DNA of 64,000 nt from Lachnospiraceae bacterium (lineage in GTDB: Bacteria; Bacillota; Clostridia; Lachnospirales; Lachnospiraceae): positions 3,901-67,900 of the forward strand of contig JAGBMJ010000006.1 in assembly GCA_017634975.1 (NCBI GenBank). The letters are read 5' to 3'. Numbering within the stretch: position 1 is the stretch's first letter; every line of letters begins with the position of its first letter. A program made the translations under genes and the position numbers. Shown piece by piece: positions 42,157 to 49,982 of this stretch. Below the pieces are notes generated by a model. That model had not been told where the DNA came from. It worked only from the letters and a program-made list of their open reading frames with translations, and did no database searches.

Positions 42157-44165
42157 TTCTCACTCTCCAGCGCTCTCTCTATCAGACGATCTTTATATTC
42201 CTCCGGCAGATCTGTAAAATACGCACTGAATCCCCATACACGTACGATTAGATTTTTATGCTTCTCCGGGTGTTTTTTGGCATCGATCAGTGTAGCGCTA
42301 TCTATAATATTCATTTGCAGCTGATAGAATCCTCGTCTGATCGCCCCTCTCAAAAAGGCTGCAAACTTATCTTTATCATCCGCAATAATATTGGGCTGAA
42401 CGAAAAAATCTACAACATTACCATTAATATTGTGTCCACTGTAATCTAAAGACGCAGCAAATCCTATCAATTCCGTATATCCCGAATCAGATGATGAAAT
42501 GTGTGTCGCATATGGCATTCCATTCAAACGTCCTGCAAAATCTGCTGTTGCTGATTTACCATTATCGATATAGCTGGGAGAACTGAGACCGATTTTAACC
42601 TTTCCTCCAAGCCTGTTTCGATGCTTTGCCAATACGTGATTGCAACATCGAATTATATAATTCACAAGTTCTATACTATTTCTATCATCATGCCCAAAGC
42701 ACTTTCGTCTTTGTCTTAAACTCTCATACAATTCCTTGTTCTCGCTATAATTGTCTCTTCTTTGCTTTTCAATCTCTTCTAAAGAAATAGCCTTTTGATG
42801 AAAGCATAATTCTCTGAGATTTAATAGGCTATCGCAGGTTGCCGCTATTCCCACCGTGGTGAAACCATAATTATTATATATTGCACCACCCCGAGAAATA
42901 TCTTTCTGCCTTTTTGTACACGAATCAATAAACATTGATACCAATGGATCCTCGGCCCACTGCAGATCGTCCAGTTTTCGAATAAACCCATTTAATTCTT
43001 TGCGAAGGTATTTACCATACCCCTTCACCAAACTCTCAAAAGAATTGACAACCTGCCAATCTGTATCTTTCAGATAATGATCCAGAACTGTTCCAAAATC
43101 AAAACAGTCCATATTGTTCTGATCTAAAGATTTTCCTACAACATATGGCTCCCAGCATGCTGATACACAATACTCATATGCATCTGTTTTTTCAATTCCA
43201 AACCGGATCAACTTATCTATGATCACATCATCGTTAGACAGGATAGGACTCCCACTTCGTCCCATAAGACATTCTACCGCTTGCATTAACAATTCCTGCG
43301 GCATATTTTCACTTACCCGAAGCAAGATTTTCGGATCCGGATATGCCAACTCTTTATGTGCCCGCATAAACAAATGCGTGAGTTCGTTGCAAAAGTACTC
43401 GCCGTCTTCCTCTACTCCTCCCAAAACAATAATTTGTCCTATATCGCCCAAAAGAGCAGCGCTCTTAAACTCATAATGTCTATGAAGGCAGTCTAAAAAA
43501 TCTTTAATATACTTATATGCCTGTTCTCGAGTAAGATAACCAGCTTCAATATCTTTTTTGTAAAGATTTCCTAAAATCTTATCAATTCTGCCAAGTCCAT
43601 TCAATCGATGCCTGGTCTGCCACATAATCTGGTTAAAAAAAAGTATTCTCTGTAGTCCTTCGTCAAAATGCTCTGCTTTCCGATCCAGCATGCCCTCATA
43701 TAGCGGTAATATGTTGGTATATCCGCTTTTTTTCAGATATTCAATAATTCTCTTATGCAGACAATATACCGCCTCTCTTATCAGACCTGCATTCTTTCCA
43801 TACCGTCCCTCTGTATTGATTGCCATCTTAGATAGTCTATCAAAACTTCCATTGATAATCTGGTTATAATCTAAAGTGAAATTACTAATCACATTTCCTT
43901 TTACAGCTATCGTCCGTCCTTCATCAATATGATAGTAAAAATGATTCTCAGGCGAATAGTCCAACTCTACCTCTTTGAATAACCGTAGAGTATTTGTAGC
44001 AACATTCCGTTTAATTCCCTGCTCCTTGATTACTTTCGTCTTGGCGATAACAGGAATTGTCCTCTTTATATACTCTTTCTTCCCATAAGCCCGATATTTT
44101 GTAGTAAACGGGATTACATAACTAAAATTATATAATTCATTTTTGATTATTGTTTGAATTTTCAA
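42144..44165 (-). CDS. Glycyl-radical enzyme (PFL superfamily), substrate unknown
   Basis: Cys loop YCVSACWEP; C-terminal LQMNII...HKNLIVRVWGFSAYF glycyl-radical motif. Confidence 0.9.
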   Translation of the reverse strand: MKIQTIIKNELYNFSYVIPFTTKYRAYGKKEYIKRTIPVIAKTKVIKEQGIKRNVATNTLRLFKEVELDYSPENHFYYHIDEGRTIAVKGNVISNFTLDYNQIINGSFDRLSKMAINTEGRYGKNAGLIREAVYCLHKRIIEYLKKSGYTNILPLYEGMLDRKAEHFDEGLQRILFFNQIMWQTRHRLNGLGRIDKILGNLYKKDIEAGYLTREQAYKYIKDFLDCLHRHYEFKSAALLGDIGQIIVLGGVEEDGEYFCNELTHLFMRAHKELAYPDPKILLRVSENMPQELLMQAVECLMGRSGSPILSNDDVIIDKLIRFGIEKTDAYEYCVSACWEPYVVGKSLDQNNMDCFDFGTVLDHYLKDTDWQVVNSFESLVKGYGKYLRKELNGFIRKLDDLQWAEDPLVSMFIDSCTKRQKDISRGGAIYNNYGFTTVGIAATCDSLLNLRELCFHQKAISLEEIEKQRRDNYSENKELYESLRQRRKCFGHDDRNSIELVNYIIRCCNHVLAKHRNRLGGKVKIGLSSPSYIDNGKSATADFAGRLNGMPYATHISSSDSGYTELIGFAASLDYSGHNINGNVVDFFVQPNIIADDKDKFAAFLRGAIRRGFYQLQMNIIDSATLIDAKKHPEKHKNLIVRVWGFSAYFTDLPEEYKDRLIERALESEKWSA

Positions 44166-44171
44166 AACCTA

Positions 44172-45143
44172 TCACCCTTCCAGATTCTTTACCAGTATCT
44201 CAGGCAATACCGTCTTTATCCTTCTGATACTGCCTTCCGTCTTATAAGCTGTGTTCAGCTTGGACTTTCCATACTGATAGATAGTGTTTCTGGTTATGTC
44301 TGTCAAATAATACGTGTAAAAGGTCTCCCAACTCATAAACTGCTTACTGTCAGCATAAAGATATGTCTCATCTATTACACTTTGAGGTACTTCAAACATG
44401 CCGGACTGCAAAACCAAGTATTCAAATGACTCCGGAGCGTATATTACACATTCATTTTCACTGTTTCTCAGATAACGAACGATCTTTCCTATTTCCGGGC
44501 CGAATGCTGCAGCATCTACTATTGCCAGAATTCTTTTCCCTTCATATTTACGGATACATTTATAGACATTATCTTTTCCTTTTGCCGATATGCATCTTTT
44601 AGGAAATATTGTTTCAAAGAATTCATTTCCCGAGTTGGAATCTTCTGTGACCACTATATCGGGATTGACATCCTTTTTCATCTCAAAATTGTATAAACGA
44701 TACATCTCATTATAAACTCGTTTATACTGTCTGTACTTCTGCGTATCCGTATCGTTCCTTAATCCATATATTTCATCTACGCTATAAGGCAACTGTCCGA
44801 GATCATCCCGACTTACGATGACAAAATAGTTGTCTGATCCCTTCACCATTTGTGCAAAGCGGGTTGTACGAAGAAAATCCACACTCTCATCAATAAAAAC
44901 GATTTGTTTTTTCATTGCAGCAAGCCGGAGTTCCCAATCTACCGAAGTCAGGACAACACATTTGACATCACATTTTAATGTTATCCCCGAGGATCTTCCG
45001 TTGGCTTCATGCTCCTGTATGAGACGGATCAGCTCTGTTTTTCCTGTTGCACTGTTTCCCTGAAGAATCGTGATATTTCTTTTTACGGAAAGGAAGTAGT
45101 GGACTTTGTTATTATATATTTCAATATCATACTTTCCTACCAT
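44172..45143 (-). CDS. Minimal P-loop ATPase fused to a TOPRIM-like domain
   Basis: GNSATGKT, IVFIDE, VIVSR; VVTEDSNSG, SAKGK, IVDAAAFG, PESFE. Confidence 0.8.
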   Translation of the reverse strand: MVGKYDIEIYNNKVHYFLSVKRNITILQGNSATGKTELIRLIQEHEANGRSSGITLKCDVKCVVLTSVDWELRLAAMKKQIVFIDESVDFLRTTRFAQMVKGSDNYFVIVSRDDLGQLPYSVDEIYGLRNDTDTQKYRQYKRVYNEMYRLYNFEMKKDVNPDIVVTEDSNSGNEFFETIFPKRCISAKGKDNVYKCIRKYEGKRILAIVDAAAFGPEIGKIVRYLRNSENECVIYAPESFEYLVLQSGMFEVPQSVIDETYLYADSKQFMSWETFYTYYLTDITRNTIYQYGKSKLNTAYKTEGSIRRIKTVLPEILVKNLEG

Positions 45144-45156
45144 TTATCTGTATCCT

Positions 45157-45606
45157 CTATATCAAACGATTGTCCAGAACAGCTTCATTCAGCTGTTTCA
45201 TATTATGAACTACCCGGTTTAGATTCACAATTTCTATTTCAAATTCTTCTTCGCCAAAATCCATCAGATATCCAAGCCTTATAGTGATGTCTTTATTATC
45301 TGCTATTTTCAAAATCCATCCGGCACAATTATCCCCACAGGCAGAGGCATTGAAGATATGCTCTGTATCAAAATTCATAAGGATCAGTGTCTTCACTCCA
45401 CCGGAAAGTCGTTCCGTCGGGATAGGGCCAAGATAAGGGCTATCTATCAGTCTTGGCCCCACTACATCGGATCCATCAATATCCTTTACCATTTCTATCG
45501 TAAGCGGATCATTCATCCAGCTTTCTTCATAACTATTATTGAAGTATGAATCCGGATTGAAGATGTAATTATCTGATTCCGGATCTCCGTAATATATTTT
45601 TAACAT
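45157..45606 (-). CDS. DUF4869 family protein
   Basis: LSGGVKTLILM...FNASACGDNCA. Confidence 0.85.
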   Translation of the reverse strand: MLKIYYGDPESDNYIFNPDSYFNNSYEESWMNDPLTIEMVKDIDGSDVVGPRLIDSPYLGPIPTERLSGGVKTLILMNFDTEHIFNASACGDNCAGWILKIADNKDITIRLGYLMDFGEEEFEIEIVNLNRVVHNMKQLNEAVLDNRLI

Positions 45607-45722
45607 ACTATATCTTTGATGCCTTTCAACCTTATCGCTTGCCTGTTCTGCTTGATTTCAGAAATCCGCATGACACTTTTACGCCTTGGTTTCTGTCACT
45701 ATTACGGTTATTTTTGGGGGGA

Positions 45723-45812
45723 TTATACAAATGTATCTTCCACGTCCTTTTCCGCGACATATGATACTTCCGGTCGGAACTGCAGTCCTTTTAAAAACCC
45801 TTTCCAGATTAT
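45723..45812 (-). pseudogene. Orphan second copy of the 3' end of the GT2 gene 47422..48321
   Basis: Reads IIWKGFLKGLQFRPEVSYVAEKDVEDTFV*; 45766-45809 matches 47447-47490 at 39/44 nt. Confidence 0.85.
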
Positions 45813-47392
45813 GACTCCATCTTATATTTTACGATCCTGCACTCATGCTTTTTTTCTCCCGCCGGAGCATCCTTATCGTAGTTGATCCCTACCAGCAGGA
45901 TATCACTTCCATAGTTCTTGATCACATCCGGATAATGCTTTGCAAGGATCTGGTCAATAGCACCGTCTGCTCTCTTATTCCATTTCAGTTCCACGACCAA
46001 CACCGGCCAGTCAGAATCACGCTTGGGAAGATATACTATATCAGCATAACCATCTCCTGCCGGAAGTTCTTCCCACTGTAGATAATTATCTCTGTACGTG
46101 TAATATGCCAGCTTTATTACACTTCTAAGGCTGTCTTCCTTGTTGTAATGAAGAGGTGATGTTTCTTCTCTGTGTATCTTCTCGATCTGTGCCGCCACAG
46201 CTTCTTCATTTCCATTGATCGTATCCAAAAAGAGCCGGTCGCTTTCGTTCAATCGCCTGTTCGTTTCCGCATGATCCACTTCTCGGATTGCTTTCTGAAA
46301 CTCAAGCTTGATCTCTTCATTGGGTATATGCACCGTCCCGGTTTCTGAATCATAAGCAAGATATCCCAGGTGGATCATCAGTGTCAGGACATCATCTTTC
46401 CCCCGAAAGGTTACAAGATCATTCGCAAATCCAGTCGTATTCACTTTGACATCTACGCCACCGATCAGCTCTGCTATCGTTTTCGTCAAACCATTATATG
46501 GTTTACTGATATACCTCATCAGCCCCTCTGCCGCAGAACTTTCCGTCCAATAAGAATCAAAGTCCTCATTTTCGATCGCCAGCATGACGGAGTTAGGATT
46601 ATATACCGCTCCTACCTCTTTAAAGTCATATCCGTCATACCATCGTTTCATAGAAGCAAAACTGATATTATGCTCTTTACACAATCTCTTAACTTCTTCT
46701 TCCGTAAAGCCAACATATTCACCAAACTTTCGCGGCTTGATCATCGTATACTCTCTGAATTCCGAGAGCGGAGATTGTGATCCATCCTTTTTTATCGGTA
46801 GTATCCCGGTCATATATGCTGCCGCAAAAATCTTCGAAGTCGTACCACTGTTCTTAAAAAGGGATCGTAGGAACTCCAGATAATCCTCCTGAACCTCCGG
46901 ATTCTCTCTGATCGGAGCATCCCATTCATCGATCATTATAATAAATTTATTTCCAATGATCTCTGTTGCCTTTGAAAGAGTATCTGAAAAATCTGCGGTA
47001 ATAACAACTTCCGGATACTGCTCCTTCAGTTCCTTTGAGAACTGATTGATGAGAAACGGTACAAGCTCACGATATTTTGCCGTATACGGCTTGATTGCAG
47101 CCATATCCCAATATATAACATCATACTTTCCGATATATTTCTCGTAGCTCTCATCCTGCGCAATCTCATACTTCTCAAACAGTTCATGAGAATCGCAGGT
47201 TTTATCGTAATATGCACACAGCATCTGGGCCGCATAGGATTTTCCAAATCGACGCGGCCTGCTGACACAGATCTGATTTCTCGTGGTACCGATCGTTCTG
47301 TTCAAGAGCCCGATCAATCCGGTTTTATCTATATAATCCGTACCGGTAATTCTCGCAAACCCGCTATTCCCCGGATTCAAATACGTTCCCAT
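45809..47392 (-). CDS. AAA-ATPase-like plus PD-(D/E)XK nuclease protein
   Basis: YIDKT, RPRRFGKS, IDEWD, WYDGY, YNP, IPNEE, GYADI...VELK. Confidence 0.9.
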   Translation of the reverse strand: MGTYLNPGNSGFARITGTDYIDKTGLIGLLNRTIGTTRNQICVSRPRRFGKSYAAQMLCAYYDKTCDSHELFEKYEIAQDESYEKYIGKYDVIYWDMAAIKPYTAKYRELVPFLINQFSKELKEQYPEVVITADFSDTLSKATEIIGNKFIIMIDEWDAPIRENPEVQEDYLEFLRSLFKNSGTTSKIFAAAYMTGILPIKKDGSQSPLSEFREYTMIKPRKFGEYVGFTEEEVKRLCKEHNISFASMKRWYDGYDFKEVGAVYNPNSVMLAIENEDFDSYWTESSAAEGLMRYISKPYNGLTKTIAELIGGVDVKVNTTGFANDLVTFRGKDDVLTLMIHLGYLAYDSETGTVHIPNEEIKLEFQKAIREVDHAETNRRLNESDRLFLDTINGNEEAVAAQIEKIHREETSPLHYNKEDSLRSVIKLAYYTYRDNYLQWEELPAGDGYADIVYLPKRDSDWPVLVVELKWNKRADGAIDQILAKHYPDVIKNYGSDILLVGINYDKDAPAGEKKHECRIVKYKMES

Positions 47393-47421
47393 TCTCAGGT
47401 TCTCCTGCCCTTCTACACAGA

Positions 47422-48321
47422 CTACTCTTCGGTATATATTAAAGTGACTTCCGGTCGGAACTGCAATCCTTTCACAAATCCCTTCCAGATCGTGATCACT
47501 TTATGCCCCGTCTCCCCATTCGAATGCAGCAATACATTCAGCGTCGCATACAGATCCTTTAAGATGATATAGGCCCAGCCTTTCAAGCCGAACTGCCGGT
47601 AGCAATCCACATCGTTTCGATACAGATACTGATATCGGTCGATGCGATCACCGGATTCGATGGCAAAATTCGCCTTTTTATTCTCTTTCATCTCGTGGAT
47701 CACCACACTGGCCGTCACGATATAGACCGGATATTTCTTAGACACACGGCCACTGAAATCATAGTCATCCGTCCAAATAAAATAATCCGCCTTCGGCAGT
47801 CCCACTTCCCGTACCACGTCTGTCTTTACAAACATAGATACCATAGACACCATCTGCGCCCGGATGATCTTCTTCGCATTCAATTCTTCATCTTTTACAA
47901 AGGTAAATAATGTCTTCTTTTGACGGTTCGCCTTGCAGGTACTCCCATCCGTCCATTTCGCCACGCTGGAGAGCATTCCCCAATTACCTTTCAGAGCTTT
48001 ATCTGCACGCAACAGCATTTCGAGACTGCGCTTTTCCGGTATGGTATCATCATCCATCAGCCAAGCGTAGATATAACCTGCCTCTACAGCCTTTTCCAAG
48101 CCATATGCAAACCCGCCGGCGCCCCCAAGATTGGCCCCGGTATTAAAATACTGCACCTGATCTGCAAATTCCGCTTCCACCATTTCTGCCGTGCCATCCG
48201 TACTGGCATTATCCACCAGAATAATGTCGCACTTCACCGTCTGCGCCAGAAGGTTCGTCAGATTCTTTCTGAGCAGTTCTTTTCTGTTGTAGGTAACGAC
48301 TACCGCCGCAGTTTTTCGCAT
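47422..48321 (-). CDS. GT2 glycosyltransferase (rhamnosyl/galactofuranosyl-transferase-like)
   Basis: VVTYNRK, NLGGAGGF, WLMDDD, FIWTDDYD. Confidence 0.88.
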   Translation of the reverse strand: MRKTAAVVVTYNRKELLRKNLTNLLAQTVKCDIILVDNASTDGTAEMVEAEFADQVQYFNTGANLGGAGGFAYGLEKAVEAGYIYAWLMDDDTIPEKRSLEMLLRADKALKGNWGMLSSVAKWTDGSTCKANRQKKTLFTFVKDEELNAKKIIRAQMVSMVSMFVKTDVVREVGLPKADYFIWTDDYDFSGRVSKKYPVYIVTASVVIHEMKENKKANFAIESGDRIDRYQYLYRNDVDCYRQFGLKGWAYIILKDLYATLNVLLHSNGETGHKVITIWKGFVKGLQFRPEVTLIYTEE

Positions 48322-48393
48322 CACATCGCTCCGTTTTAAGTATTATCACTCATCAGCGTTCCAAATGCATATTTCTCTGATACTAACTGATTA

Positions 48394-49962
48394 CTACTCT
48401 TCCACTCTCCACTCCGTAAGTCCGCGCTCCTCAGAACTGAAGTTGACTCCGATTTTGAATAACTTCCTCGGATCCGCAGCATAAACATCTGCATATTTCA
48501 TGTCTTCGATCTGCCGCAAAGCTTCCTCTGCGCTTTTATCCAGCTTAAACTCAAACAAGTAAATATACTTCGTGCATTCCAGAACGCAATCTATCCTTCC
48601 CAGACAGGTATGCATCTCACATTTTGTGAATTGCCCCAAAAGTACAAACAACAGGTAGATCACTGTTTGAAAATAGTGTTCGAACACCGGATCATTGTTC
48701 GTATAAGGTATACTCGCAAAAAGCGATGTGAACACCTTTTCCATTCCTGCCGTATTTCCCTGCTCTGCATATCTGCGAAGCGTAAAAACATCATTTCCAT
48801 GCAACGCACCGTAGGCCGGCAGATATTCCGGGATCAAGCTGTTCAGGAATCCATACTTTACCTCTTCATTTGGAAACGCGAGAGTATATTCGCGCGCTAC
48901 CCGGTCAAAATCCACAATCGTCAGATAGCCCGTCTGATACAGCAGCGGGATCGGATCCGCATCATCTGCACGGTAATCCGTCAGATCTGCTTCATTTGCA
49001 TAGAGTGATCCATCCGTAAGCCTTGGCACTTCAAACCCATTTTGCTTCAATTTCCGAACCAGAAACGTCGGCGTGCCCGTTGAAAACCAATACGAGCCAA
49101 AATCTTTCTCTGCAAAAGCGCTCAACAGACTGAACGGATTGTATACCCCTTCCCCCTTCGGATGAAAATGATACCCATCGTAGCAGGATTTCAGCTTCGC
49201 CCTACACTCTGTTATGCTCATATCCCAGTTCTCAGCAGTCGCCGCGATCTCTTCCGCAAAATTCTCTTCGATTTCCTGTTCCGTAATCCCGCAGATCCCG
49301 GCATATTCCTTTGACAGCGATATATCGCGGAGCTGGTTCAGATCGCTGAAGATACTGACTTTTTCAAACTTTGTCACACCGGTGATAAACACAAACTGCA
49401 GATACTCGTCAAACCCTTTCAACGTTCCAAAAAAGCCTTTGAACAATGCTTTATTATGCTCTTCCAGTTCGGGTTTCTCCATCGCTTCCAGGAGCGATTT
49501 ATCATACTCATCCACCAGCACGACGCAACGAAGGCCACTCCTATTTCGTGCCTCGATCAGCAGATTGCGAAACCGCTCGCCAAGTTCCCCCGTAGTATCG
49601 GTAATCTCATATTCTTTCTCCCACCTGCGCAGATGCTCATCCAGCATCTTATCCAGAGCTCTTTCGCTCTGGTAATTAGTACCATTGAAATCAAAATGGA
49701 AGACCGGATAGCATTTCCAGGCCTCCGGATCGTCTGCCAGCAGTTTTTCGATCTTCAGACCTGCAAACAGTTCCTTTTTTCCTTCCCAATAAGCCTTCAA
49801 TGTCGAGATCAACAGGCTCTTTCCAAAGCGTCTCGGCCGGCTTAAGAAAAAAGCTTTCCCCTGCTGCACAAGATAATAAATATATTCACTTTTATCTACA
49901 TAAACATATCCATCTTCTCGAAGGCTTGCAAACCCCTGTATTCCGATCGGTAGTTTTTTCAT
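48394..49962 (-). CDS. AAA-ATPase-like plus PD-(D/E)XK nuclease protein
   Basis: KLPIGIQ, YVDKS, RPRRFGKS, VDEYD, YDGY, FPNEEV, GRID...FEFK. Confidence 0.9.
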   Translation of the reverse strand: MKKLPIGIQGFASLREDGYVYVDKSEYIYYLVQQGKAFFLSRPRRFGKSLLISTLKAYWEGKKELFAGLKIEKLLADDPEAWKCYPVFHFDFNGTNYQSERALDKMLDEHLRRWEKEYEITDTTGELGERFRNLLIEARNRSGLRCVVLVDEYDKSLLEAMEKPELEEHNKALFKGFFGTLKGFDEYLQFVFITGVTKFEKVSIFSDLNQLRDISLSKEYAGICGITEQEIEENFAEEIAATAENWDMSITECRAKLKSCYDGYHFHPKGEGVYNPFSLLSAFAEKDFGSYWFSTGTPTFLVRKLKQNGFEVPRLTDGSLYANEADLTDYRADDADPIPLLYQTGYLTIVDFDRVAREYTLAFPNEEVKYGFLNSLIPEYLPAYGALHGNDVFTLRRYAEQGNTAGMEKVFTSLFASIPYTNNDPVFEHYFQTVIYLLFVLLGQFTKCEMHTCLGRIDCVLECTKYIYLFEFKLDKSAEEALRQIEDMKYADVYAADPRKLFKIGVNFSSEERGLTEWRVEE

Positions 49963-49982
49963 CTGTTTAACTCCAATTTCGC

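Noticed and set aside
42144-44165. Calling the GRE pflB
   Set aside because: It lacks the adjacent Cys-Cys pair of pyruvate formate-lyase, is shorter, and the context does not fit.
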